64,000 bases of DNA from an uncultured Bacteroidales bacterium (lineage in GTDB: Bacteria > Bacteroidota > Bacteroidia > Bacteroidales > JAADJA01): assembly GCA_963708435.1 (NCBI GenBank), contig CAVPSZ010000036.1, forward strand, positions 17,884 to 81,883. Direction: 5' to 3'. Position numbers and translations under genes: made by a program. The notes under the pieces were generated by a model that was not told where the DNA came from, did no database searches, and saw only the letters and a list, made by a program, of their open reading frames with translations. Shown here in pieces: positions 11,330-20,416 of the stretch; position 1 is the stretch's first letter, and every line of letters begins with the position of its first letter.

Positions 11330-11348
11330 GAGATAATTGGACTATTAT
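11330..11348. repeat. Direct repeat copy 2 (GAGATAATTGGACTATTAT)
   Basis: An exact 19-mer is shared with 8854-8872. It lies between the BNR protein stop and the E1 dehydrogenase stop. Confidence 0.8.
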
Positions 11349-11376
11349 ATATATCCGCTCGATATTAATAGCAAAA

Positions 11377-13418
11377 CTAGTAATTTAAAAGTATTTTGGC
11401 TATATTGTATATTTTTGCAGTATCAGGCAAGATAGCTCTTTCAAGAATCCTGTTAAAACCAACGGGTGTAAAAACCGATCCAACTCGCTTTACAGGTGCA
11501 TCCAGAAACTCAAACGCTTCATCGGCGATCAATCCGGCAAGTTCACCTCCGAATCCACCGAAAACTTTATCTTCATGAACAATCATCACTTTGTTCGTTT
11601 TTTTATTGAAGATAAAATAGTTTCTTTATCAAGAGGAATTAGCGAGCGGAGATCAATTACCTCCGACTGTTTTCCTGCTTCTTTTTCCAGCATTTCTGCA
11701 GCCTCAAGACACATATGAGTCGTATTCCCGTAAGTGATCATTGTAAGATCCTTCCCGGATCTGCGGATACGCGCTTTTCCAAATGGTACTGTAAAGTCAT
11801 CAGGTACTACTGTTTCAGCTTTGGGGTCATTGTACAATGCCTTGGGCTCTATAAAAAGTGTTGGTCCGGATGAACGAATGCTTGTACGCAGCAAACCAGC
11901 AGCATCATCAGCAAATGAAGGATAAACCACCCTTATTCCGGGGAATGTAGTTAGTGCTCCTTCGGTAGTTTGAGAATGATAAAGACCGCCGCCAATGTAT
12001 CCTCCTGAAGCCAGCCTGATGGTCACATTGGGTGCAAACTTTCCATTCGTGCGCCAGTATTCGTGAGTCATTTCTACAAATTGTTCCATTGCCGGCCAGA
12101 AATAATCAGCAAACTCAGCGCCTTCAATTACAATCCTGATCTTATCGCTGAACCGGCTCATCCCATTGGCTGTACCAACTATAAAATCCTCTGCTATAGG
12201 TGCATTAAATACCCTCTCTTTTCCAAACTCCTGCTGCATCCCTTTCGTTACATTAAATATTCCTCCTTTTTCTTTATTAGCAACATCCTGACCCCAGATA
12301 TAGGTATCTGGATTTTGTCTGAATTCGGCTTTTAAAGTTTCGTTCAATGCAACAATGAATTTCTTCTTTGTGCCTTGCTGGTTGTGAATCCCTTCAGGAT
12401 ACTTTTCCGAGACATAAGGCTCTGGTAAAACATAATCGTAAACAGATTCGGGTTTGGGATCCGGAGCAGTGAGGCATTTTTTATGTGCCCTGGAAACAAC
12501 CTCCTTTACCTCCTGTAAAATAGCTGTAAGTTCCTCCTCGGTAAATCTTTTTGCTGCGACCATTATTTTATGAAATCTCAGTAAAGGATCCGCTGCCTTC
12601 ACACAGTGTAATTCATTATCATCTCTGTATAACTGGTGGTCGTCGGAATTTGAATGCGATCCGATTCGGACAACAGAAGCATGAACAATAGCGGGCATTT
12701 GATTCTTCTCAACCCATTCCCTTGCCTGTGTCATCGTGTTCATTGCATCAAAAACATTTTTTCCGTCACAATGATAAATTTTAAGGTTCTTAAACCCCCT
12801 GAAATTATCAGTTGAACGCAAATTTGCTGTCTGATCTTTTTTAGGAACCGAGATTCCAAACCGGTTATCCTGAATTACAAATATTACCGGTAGCTTTTCA
12901 TTGCTTGCTCCATTGATCGCTTCGTAAACATAACCTTCCGACATAGAAGATTCACCCTGGGAGCTGATTGCAATACCTTTGGCTTTATATTTTTTTATTC
13001 CTCGTGCCACTCCAACCGCATGTAATGTATGGTTACCGGTCGAAGAGGAAACATTATGGATATTCCATTCCGGTTTGGCGAAATGGTTTGACATATGCCG
13101 GCCCCCGCTGGCAATATCCGTTGCCTTTGAAATCCCATTAAGGATTATTTCCTCGGCTGTTAATCCGGCAGATATGACTGTAAGCATGTCGCGGTAGTAA
13201 GGAAAGAGATGATCTGTCTTTTTTCTGAAAACCTGACCGATTGCAAGCTGAATACCGTCGTGCCCGGCGCAGGGAGCATGATATGACCAGCCCAAAGCCT
13301 GCTTGAGGTAGTTTGGAGCCTTTTCATCAAGAGCCCTACCAAGCGACATCAGATAATACCAATTCCTGAGAACATCCTTGGGCGTTTTTTCAATTGAAAA
13401 TATATTATTTGCTGACAT
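11377..13418 (-). pseudogene. 2-oxo(iso)acid dehydrogenase E1 component, fused alpha/beta subunits, split by one frameshift
   Basis: ORFs 11586-13418 and 11377-11589 together form a TPP-dependent E1 alpha-beta fusion. The break falls inside the transketolase-like C-terminal domain. The gene-sense A7 tract (+ strand T7 at 11598-11604) gives SIKKRTK-stop. With A8 it reads SIKKTNKVMIVHEDKVFGGFG. Confidence 0.85.
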
Positions 13419-13745
13419 TCAATTAATAATTCTTATTATTGAGATTAATTCAAATAGGTTAAAACATTGCGTTAAAAAACAGTCATGGCTTAAATAATAA
13501 TCCGGTAGTTGCCGGAGACGAAGGGTTTCTTCATAGTTATAGAAAGCATGACATCTTTGTGATAGAAAAACAAATCAGTAATCATGTTGAATCAATTTAC
13601 CCCGTTAAATGGATAAACAGAACTGCAAAATTATAGCTTTTATACTATCTATGTATTTGATAATATTTAATCCGAATTCCATTTGTTGGGATTCAAACAA
13701 AACATGGCTGAAAAAGTTTTAATGGCTCTGGTTGTTTCTAAATTA

Positions 13746-14552
13746 TTATTCCACAAGTATTGAATAATTCTTTGGTTGACGGTCATTGAACAGGTGATTA
13801 CGGGGAGTTATCATCTTGTTTCTTGCCTGTGATAAATTCAGGCTGGTGACTTTTACTTCCTCTTTTATAGATGAAGCTTTAAACAAAGTGTTCCCAGAGG
13901 GATCCGAAATAATGGATTGACCGGTAAATTTTATACCCCGCTCATTTCCTGTTCGGTTAGCCGTTATGTTGAAAGTACGATTAATCAAACCATGAACCGG
14001 AACAGCTTGCTGAGCATAAGGTAGTACAAGGTTTGAAGGATGACAAATGATCTCCGCTCCCTGGAGCGAAAGAATCCTCCAAACTTCAGGAAATATCCAG
14101 TCGAAACAAATTAGCATCCCGATTTTGCATTTGCCTATATCGAAAACTGGCAATCCCAGATTTCCAATTTCGAATATATCCGGTTCATCCATAAAGAGGT
14201 GAATCTTCCTGTACCTGCCGATCATTCCATCAGGGCCAACTAAAATGGCAGTGTTATATAACTTGTCATTTTCACGTTCATTAAATCCTGATACGATATG
14301 TATCTTGTGTTTTTTTGCCTGCGTGGCAAGAAAATCGACAAAAATGCTTTCTTCGGCAACCTCTGATAATTCAATTGCCTGTTCCCTCGATTCAAATTTA
14401 TATCCAGAATTAGCCAGTTCCGGAAGTACAATTAAATCTGCCTTAACAATCTTGTCAAGTAATTTTCCGATCCGGTTCATGTTTTCACATGGATCACCGA
14501 GCAAGGGTTCAAACTGTAAATAACCTGCAGAAATATATTCTGATTTATTCAT
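13746..14552 (-). CDS. Carbon-nitrogen hydrolase (nitrilase superfamily) amidohydrolase
   Basis: Glu-Lys-Cys triad contexts are LIVLPELANSGY, YRKIHLF and MLICFDWIFPE. I prefer the ATG start at 14552 (MNKSEY) over the TTG at 14597 used in the ORF track. Confidence 0.8.
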   Translation of the reverse strand: MNKSEYISAGYLQFEPLLGDPCENMNRIGKLLDKIVKADLIVLPELANSGYKFESREQAIELSEVAEESIFVDFLATQAKKHKIHIVSGFNERENDKLYNTAILVGPDGMIGRYRKIHLFMDEPDIFEIGNLGLPVFDIGKCKIGMLICFDWIFPEVWRILSLQGAEIICHPSNLVLPYAQQAVPVHGLINRTFNITANRTGNERGIKFTGQSIISDPSGNTLFKASSIKEEVKVTSLNLSQARNKMITPRNHLFNDRQPKNYSILVE

Positions 14553-14593
14553 TGTCAAATAGTTATGGTTGAAAAATAAAGGGACTTGGAATG

Positions 14594-15157
14594 TCAATAT
14601 CTTACTACATCAAATTCTCCATTCAGTTTTAGCCTTATGATAGTCGAAGCTTTTACCTTATTTAATTTGGTCTGATTTGTTTTAACAATATAATCTACCT
14701 TTTCTTTTAACAGAGGTGAAATATCTTTGAACATCAAAGGAGAAGGTTCACCAGAGTAATTGGCTGAGGTAGAAACAATGGGTTTATTAATAGCAGATAT
14801 AAGCTTACAGCAAAATTCATCCTTTACCACTCTGATAGCTATGCTGCCATCATTTGCAATTGCATTTTTGGCAATATTTATTGCCTTGGGATATATAATA
14901 GTTGTAGGATTGTCGAAACTATCCAGCAAGTCCCATAATATTTCAGGAACTTCTTCCACATACGTCAATATTTTTTTACTGTCATCAAGGAGAATAATAA
15001 AACTGAATTCCTTTGGCCGGTTTTTTATTTGAATAATTTTATTAACTGCTTTTGCATTGGTAGCATCACATCCAATGCCCCAGATTGTATCGGTTGGGTA
15101 TAGAATAGTTCCACCCTTTTTCAATACTTCTACCGCTTTTTTAATATCCTCCTCCAT
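14594..15157 (-). CDS. tsaC: L-threonylcarbamoyladenylate synthase (YrdC/TsaC family)
   Basis: 187 aa. It has the YrdC-domain signature ILYPTDTIWGIGCDATN...IKNRP...SANYSGEP. Confidence 0.85.
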   Translation of the reverse strand: MEEDIKKAVEVLKKGGTILYPTDTIWGIGCDATNAKAVNKIIQIKNRPKEFSFIILLDDSKKILTYVEEVPEILWDLLDSFDNPTTIIYPKAINIAKNAIANDGSIAIRVVKDEFCCKLISAINKPIVSTSANYSGEPSPLMFKDISPLLKEKVDYIVKTNQTKLNKVKASTIIRLKLNGEFDVVRY

Positions 15158-15158
15158 A

Positions 15159-16145
15159 TTATTCTAATCTATTTAACAGTTTTTCAACCTTAATTGTTTT
15201 TGCACATCTGAAATGCTTTTCAGGACATTTATTAAAACCATGTAATCCACAGGGCTTGCACTTAAGAATCTCGGATGTTTGAATGATTGCAGAATTTTCA
15301 GATCGTGGCCCGAATCCAAACTCTGGAACTGTGGAACAAAAAATTGCTGTTATAGGGGCGTTGACAGAGGATGCAAGATGCAATGGTGCTGAATCATTTA
15401 CGAAGTTCATTTGTGCATCCTTCATTAAAGCCGCTGATTCAAGAAAATGCAATCTTCCGCATAAATTCATCGTATTATCATTACCCGCTGCACCGATTAT
15501 TCTTTCGCACATCTCTTTATCTTTCGTCGATCCGAGAAAATAAATCCGCAGGTTTTGGTCAATGAGGCTGAGGAATTCAACCCATTTTTCTTCTGGGAAT
15601 TGTTTGGTAAACCAAATTGAAGCTGGTGATATAGTAATGTACTTGACCGTCTTATATTGCGAGACTTTCGCCTGGTTTTGTTGGGAGGGGTAAAGCTTTA
15701 TCGGGAACCCTGCCTGATCCGTAATTTTTTCTATCAGGCGTAGATTCCTTTCAGCCTCGTGAATATTTGAACCAATTGAATGTTTGATTCTATGATTAAA
15801 AAATAATGAAAGTGGATTTTTGTTAAAACCGATTTTTAAATTTCCACCTGACAATAATGTCAACAAACCTGAGGATGTGAATCTTTGAATATTTATTACA
15901 CAGTCGTATTTCTGTGATCTGATATATTTGATCAGTCGGAATAAATTCTTGTATTTTCTTGTTGTTTTGTCCCAGATTATGACGGAATGAAGGAATGGGT
16001 GAGAATTGAAAAGGGCTTCGTTTCCTTTTTTGAGCAGAAAGTCAATTTTAGCTTTTGGAAAATAGAATTGAAGTTTTTCCAGTATAGGTGTAGAAAGGAT
16101 AACATCACCAATTGACGCAGTTTGTATGATCAGGATTTTATTCAA
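15159..16145 (-). CDS. Glycosyltransferase family 9 (LPS heptosyltransferase-like)
   Basis: 328 aa. It starts MNKILIIQTASIGDVILSTP and carries the C-terminal motif NDSAPLHLASSVNAP, both typical of GT9. Confidence 0.8.
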   Translation of the reverse strand: MNKILIIQTASIGDVILSTPILEKLQFYFPKAKIDFLLKKGNEALFNSHPFLHSVIIWDKTTRKYKNLFRLIKYIRSQKYDCVINIQRFTSSGLLTLLSGGNLKIGFNKNPLSLFFNHRIKHSIGSNIHEAERNLRLIEKITDQAGFPIKLYPSQQNQAKVSQYKTVKYITISPASIWFTKQFPEEKWVEFLSLIDQNLRIYFLGSTKDKEMCERIIGAAGNDNTMNLCGRLHFLESAALMKDAQMNFVNDSAPLHLASSVNAPITAIFCSTVPEFGFGPRSENSAIIQTSEILKCKPCGLHGFNKCPEKHFRCAKTIKVEKLLNRLE

Positions 16146-16183
16146 CAGGTTTTATATAAGAGATTTTTGGACAAAAGCAGAAA

Positions 16184-17002
16184 TTATACAGGTAGATTAA
16201 ATTCACGTAAAACATTATTCAATGATGTTTTAAGGTCGGTTGATGCCTTTCGTTTTCCGATGATTAAAGCGCATGGAACATTAAAATCACCAGCTGGAAA
16301 TTTTTTAGTATAAGATCCGGGTATGACTACCGAGCGGGCAGGTATTTTTCCGGACATTTCTTTAGGCACAGAACCGGTAACATCAATAATTTTAGTTGAC
16401 AGGGTTAATACAACATTGGCTCCCAGTACGGCTTCTTTTTCAATCCTTACACCCTCAACAACAATGCACCTTGATCCTATAAAGCAACCATCTTCTATGA
16501 TAACAGGTGAAGCCTGCACAGGTTCGAGTACCCCTCCAATACCCACACCACCGCTCAGATGAACCTTTTTACCAATCTGCGCGCATGATCCAACTGTAGC
16601 CCATGTGTCGACCATTGTGCCGGCATCGATGTAAGCTCCGATATTGACATAGCTCGGCATGAGAACTACTTCAGGAGCCAGATATGACCCGTATCTTGCA
16701 ATGGCATGAGGGACAACCCTGACACCAAGATCAGCATAGTTATTTTTAAGCTCAATCTTATCGTGAAATTCCAAATTACCTATTTTAGTAGTTTTCATCG
16801 GCTGAACCGGAAAATAAAGAATGATTGCTTTTTTTATCCAATCATTTACTTTCCATACACCCTCAATTGGCTCTGCAACCCTGATCGATCCTTTGTCAAG
16901 AAGTTCTATTACCTGTCTGATGGCGAACTGGTTTTTTTTTATTTTCAACAATGAACGATCTGACCAGGCTTTTTCAACAATTACTTTTAATTCCTCTATC
17001 AT
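16184..17002 (-). CDS. dapD: 2,3,4,5-tetrahydropyridine-2,6-dicarboxylate N-succinyltransferase
   Basis: 272 aa with left-handed beta-helix hexapeptide repeats (IGKKVHLSGGVGIGGVLEP...IIEDGCFIGSRCIVVEGV) and a DapD-type C-terminus. Confidence 0.9.
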   Translation of the reverse strand: MIEELKVIVEKAWSDRSLLKIKKNQFAIRQVIELLDKGSIRVAEPIEGVWKVNDWIKKAIILYFPVQPMKTTKIGNLEFHDKIELKNNYADLGVRVVPHAIARYGSYLAPEVVLMPSYVNIGAYIDAGTMVDTWATVGSCAQIGKKVHLSGGVGIGGVLEPVQASPVIIEDGCFIGSRCIVVEGVRIEKEAVLGANVVLTLSTKIIDVTGSVPKEMSGKIPARSVVIPGSYTKKFPAGDFNVPCALIIGKRKASTDLKTSLNNVLREFNLPV

Positions 17003-17058
17003 TCCTCTAATTTAGATAGTCAAAATTATATATTTTTTAAGGATTATTAAACTTCTTG

Positions 17059-17066
17059 TAATTTTG
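17059..17066 (+). promoter_or_regulatory. Bacteroidota -7 box (TAATTTTG)
   Basis: A TAnnTTTG match 45 nt upstream of the ruvX start. Confidence 0.4.
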
Positions 17067-17110
17067 CTCCCAATTATAAGATAGAAGTTGGGTTTAACCT
17101 TTATAATGTA

Positions 17111-17530
17111 ATGGGAAGAATAATGGCAATTGACTACGGTCGAAAACGTGCAGGCATTGCCATATCAGATGAAAACAGAATTATTGCTAATCCCCTAAAA
17201 ACATTAGGTACGAAAGATATTTTTATTTTCCTGGAAGATTATCTAAGGAAAGAAATAGTGGATGTAATCGTTGTTGGATATCCCAAACAAATGAACAATA
17301 AACCCTCGGAATCTGTTGGATTAATTGAATCCTTTTGCCGGAAATTAATGAAAGTATATCCCGGAGTAGTGATAGATCAATATGATGAAAGGTTTACTTC
17401 AAAAATTGCCAGCCGGGTTATTGCAACATCAGGCCTAAAGAGGAAAGACAGACAAAGTAAAGAACTTATTGATCAGGTTAGTGCTGTTCTGATTCTTCAA
17501 TCTTATATGCACTACCTTACAAACAAATGA
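17111..17530 (+). CDS. ruvX: Holliday junction resolvase-like nuclease RuvX/YqgF
   Basis: 139 aa. It has the IMAIDYGRKRAGIAISD motif and a YqgF-type C-terminus. Its stop overlaps the next ORF-track start (ATGA). Confidence 0.9.
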   Translation: MGRIMAIDYGRKRAGIAISDENRIIANPLKTLGTKDIFIFLEDYLRKEIVDVIVVGYPKQMNNKPSESVGLIESFCRKLMKVYPGVVIDQYDERFTSKIASRVIATSGLKRKDRQSKELIDQVSAVLILQSYMHYLTNK

Positions 17531-18114
17531 TTGAAAGTAAAATGGTATTACCAATAACAGCATATGGTCATCCAACCCTAAAAAAGGTTGCACAGGAAAT
17601 AAAGAAAAACTATCCTCATCTTAATGAATTAATCAGGGATATGTTTGAGACAATGTATGCCACTGGAGGAGTGGGGCTGGCAGCTCCTCAGGTAAATTTG
17701 CCCATAAGACTTTTGGTAATGGATGCAACGGCCTATGAAGAAGTGGATCCCCAGGCAAAAGGGTTTAAAAAAGTTTTGATAAACCCTCAGATTGTTGAGG
17801 AAAAAGGTGACGAATGGATTTTTAATGAGGGGTGTTTGAGTATTCCGGATATTCGTGAGGATGTTTCTCGTAAACCGCAGATTCGTATTCAGTATTATGA
17901 CGAGAACTGGAATTTTTTTGATGAATATTATTCAAGTGTAATGGCGAGGATTATTCAGCATGAATATGATCATCTGCAGGGAATAATGTTTGTTGACCGG
18001 ATCAGCAATATTCGGAAAGTTTTATTGAGAAGAAAATTACTTGATATTTCGAGGGGAAACATTGATGTTGGATATAAAATGATTTTTCCATTAATAAAAA
18101 AGGGAAGAAAATAA
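17527..18114 (+). CDS. def: Peptide deformylase
   Basis: It carries motifs GVGLAAPQV, EGCLSIP and HEYDHLQG. The true start may be the ATG at 17542 (MVLPITAYG). Confidence 0.95.
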   Translation: MIESKMVLPITAYGHPTLKKVAQEIKKNYPHLNELIRDMFETMYATGGVGLAAPQVNLPIRLLVMDATAYEEVDPQAKGFKKVLINPQIVEEKGDEWIFNEGCLSIPDIREDVSRKPQIRIQYYDENWNFFDEYYSSVMARIIQHEYDHLQGIMFVDRISNIRKVLLRRKLLDISRGNIDVGYKMIFPLIKKGRK

Positions 18115-18137
18115 AACATTTTAATAATGATTGATCT

Positions 18138-18671
18138 ATGAAAGCAAATGGTTTGCGGTTTTTTTTAATGGCCTTTGTGATAATGCTGATTTCTTGCTCA
18201 TCTGATCAGGGGAAAAAGAAATCGATTATTAAAGAAATGGAGTCAAAGCTTTTTTCAGACGAAAATAAAATGATTGATCGGGGAAAAGCTGGTGAACTAA
18301 TGAAAGTCTATATTTCTTTTGCAGATGAGTACCCTGATGCCAGCGAAACTCCCGAGTATCTCTTCAAAGCAGGGGATATGTCGATGAATTTGAATATGCC
18401 TCAGCAAGCCATTCAGGTGTTTGATAGAATAATAAATAAATATCCTGATTATGAAAAGGCTCCTCAATGCCTTTTCCTTAAAGGTTATGTATATGAAAAC
18501 GAGATTGGTGACCTGAATGCAGCAAAAAAAATTTATGAAGAATTTATTGCTAAGTATCCGGACGATGAATTCGCTGATGATGCAGCTGTGTCAATAAAAA
18601 ATTTGGGAAAATCACCCGAAGAACTTATCAAGGAATTTGAGGCAAAATCAAAAGAACAGGGAAATATTTAA
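18138..18671 (+). CDS. TPR-repeat lipoprotein (YbgF-like)
   Basis: It has a signal peptide with the lipobox LISCSS, followed by TPR-like helices (YPDASETPEYLFKAGD, YPDYEKAPQCLFLKG, YPDDEFADDAAV). Confidence 0.6.
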   Translation: MKANGLRFFLMAFVIMLISCSSDQGKKKSIIKEMESKLFSDENKMIDRGKAGELMKVYISFADEYPDASETPEYLFKAGDMSMNLNMPQQAIQVFDRIINKYPDYEKAPQCLFLKGYVYENEIGDLNAAKKIYEEFIAKYPDDEFADDAAVSIKNLGKSPEELIKEFEAKSKEQGNI

Positions 18672-18850
18672 AAGAAATAAGTTCCTTCTGCGGCCCTCGA
18701 AAAAAAATATTGTTAAATATTAGTTAAGATTTATTAACAGGTGCAATAATAGCTTTTAAGTTTGCGTTTGCACTTCAGGATAAATTGGTAATTTTTTTCA
18801 TCCAAAAGGCGTCGACCCCAAAAAGGTAGGCGCTTTTTGGTTTATCCTGC

Positions 18851-19267
18851 TTAATGTATAATCAATTGTTTATCTACTAGAAGAATATCCCCTCGTTTTT
18901 TCTTACATTCTTCAATTTTCTTTTTAAATTTCCAGCATGTCATTTGTCGAAGTTTAATTTCTTCTGATAACTTATGGATTGAAACATCCGGCGAATTGCA
19001 TACATGGAATATAATTCTAAAAGCCTGCATTAAGGGAAATTTGCATTTGTGAAAAAGGGTATGAGCCGTAGCTGATTCTTCACTTTTGCATTTGTTACAT
19101 CTTCTGGAAAAGGGTGTTTTACCTTTACAGAAACTTGCATGCCCGCATCTACGGCATGCATATCCATTATGCCATTTTAACTGTGATAAGTATTCCAGGC
19201 ATCTCTCCTCAGAACAAAAATAATTTTCAAATTCCAATATATCAAAATTGCTAAATATTGTATTCAT
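18851..19267 (-). CDS. Orphan IS1595-family transposase N-terminal zinc-ribbon domain (no DDE domain)
   Basis: 138 aa. CLEYLSQLKWHNGYACRRCGH...RRCNKCKSEESATAHTLFHKCKFPL matches the IS1595 transposase zinc-ribbon region. The ORF ends before any DDE catalytic domain. Confidence 0.65.
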   Translation of the reverse strand: MNTIFSNFDILEFENYFCSEERCLEYLSQLKWHNGYACRRCGHASFCKGKTPFSRRCNKCKSEESATAHTLFHKCKFPLMQAFRIIFHVCNSPDVSIHKLSEEIKLRQMTCWKFKKKIEECKKKRGDILLVDKQLIIH

Positions 19268-19362
19268 GTCAGTTAAATTTTATTTCTGTGACATTTTGTC
19301 AACGGAATGAATTTTGTTTGCAAAAATACAAAAGTGATATTTAAGCGATAAGAAAATTTTAT

Positions 19363-19370
19363 TAATTTTG
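19363..19370 (+). promoter_or_regulatory. Bacteroidota -7 box (TAATTTTG)
   Basis: A TAnnTTTG match 38 nt upstream of the ATG at 19408, ahead of the thioredoxin triplet. Confidence 0.45.
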
Positions 19371-19426
19371 CATCGTTTTCCAAATTAAATTTTAATAGAT
19401 AAAAAACATGTACAAAAAAATTCACA

Positions 19427-19861
19427 TTGATAATTGTCCTGGTTTGCACGATGACTTTTGTTTCCAGATCTCAGGAAGTTAGCCAGGAAAAGCCGGAAAA
19501 CCTCACGGTTGAAACGTTCAAACAAAAGGTTTTCAATTATGATAAAAATCCTGATAATTGGGTTTTCGAAGGCGACCTGCCTTGTATCGTTGATTTTTAT
19601 GCTGATTGGTGCCGTCCATGCAAATTAATTGCTCCAATAATGGAAGAACTGGCAGTTGAATACAAAGGAAAAATCAATATTTATAAAGTCAATACCGAGC
19701 AGCAGAGAGAATTATCTGCATTATTCAGCATCAAAAGCATCCCAACTGTTTTGTTTATTCCAATGAAGGGAAAACCTCAGATGTCGGCAGGCGCATTACC
19801 AAAAGAATCGTTTAAACAAGTGATTGATGAATTTCTTCTTGGAAAGAAGAAAGAAGAATAA
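19427..19861 (+). CDS. Exported thioredoxin-family protein, active site WCRPC
   Basis: The thioredoxin fold includes FYADWCRPCKLIAPIMEEL and the cis-Pro region SIPTVLF. The ORF-track start is a TTG. The ATG at 19408 would join in frame if the A7 run (19414-19420) were A6, giving MYKKFTLIIVLVCTMTFVS. Confidence 0.8.
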   Translation: MIIVLVCTMTFVSRSQEVSQEKPENLTVETFKQKVFNYDKNPDNWVFEGDLPCIVDFYADWCRPCKLIAPIMEELAVEYKGKINIYKVNTEQQRELSALFSIKSIPTVLFIPMKGKPQMSAGALPKESFKQVIDEFLLGKKKEE

Positions 19862-19871
19862 ATTTTAAGGA

Positions 19872-20387
19872 ATGAGAAAGATATATTTCCTGGTTTTTGC
19901 AATAGCAATTTTATTATTCTCCTGTTCAAGCAAGAACGAAAATAAATCAGCCGAAAACAATGATCAATTTATTTCCCAGAATGATCAAGCTTTCAGTCAG
20001 CAAAAGTTATCTGCCGATGTTAAGCCGGTTTACCTTACAACCAATGATTTCAAGGCAAAGGTTTGGGATTATGAATCAAATCCACAGGCATTTGTGTACA
20101 AGGGGAAATTGCCATGTATAATAGATTTTTATGCGGATTGGTGTAAGCCATGCAAGTTGGTCGCTCCGATTATGGATGAACTTGCAAAAGAATACAACGG
20201 GAGGGTAATTGTTTATAAAGTTAATACAGATAAGGAAAGAGAACTGGCTTCTTTATTCAGGGTGACGAGCATTCCATCAATTTTATTCGCACCTGTCGAT
20301 GGAAAACCTGCCATGCAGCCGGGAGCACTTTTAAAGGAAGATTATATTAAGATAATTGATGAATTTGTCTTAAATATTAAGAAGTAA
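19872..20387 (+). CDS. Exported (lipoprotein-like) thioredoxin-family protein, active site WCKPC
   Basis: It has a signal peptide with LLFSCSS, then FYADWCKPCKLVAPIMDEL and SIPSILF. It is a paralog of the flanking genes. Confidence 0.85.
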   Translation: MRKIYFLVFAIAILLFSCSSKNENKSAENNDQFISQNDQAFSQQKLSADVKPVYLTTNDFKAKVWDYESNPQAFVYKGKLPCIIDFYADWCKPCKLVAPIMDELAKEYNGRVIVYKVNTDKERELASLFRVTSIPSILFAPVDGKPAMQPGALLKEDYIKIIDEFVLNIKK

Positions 20388-20416
20388 ACTACAATGAATT
20401 AATTAAAAAAAATTAT

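Noticed and set aside
11377-11589. The 70-aa ORF overlapping the E1 ORF by ATGA could be a genuine separate, translationally coupled subunit.
   Set aside because: The break falls in the middle of the transketolase-like C-terminal domain (..SIKK|TNKVMIVHEDKVFGGFG..). It is repaired by one extra A in an A7 run, so it is a frameshift rather than a natural gene boundary.
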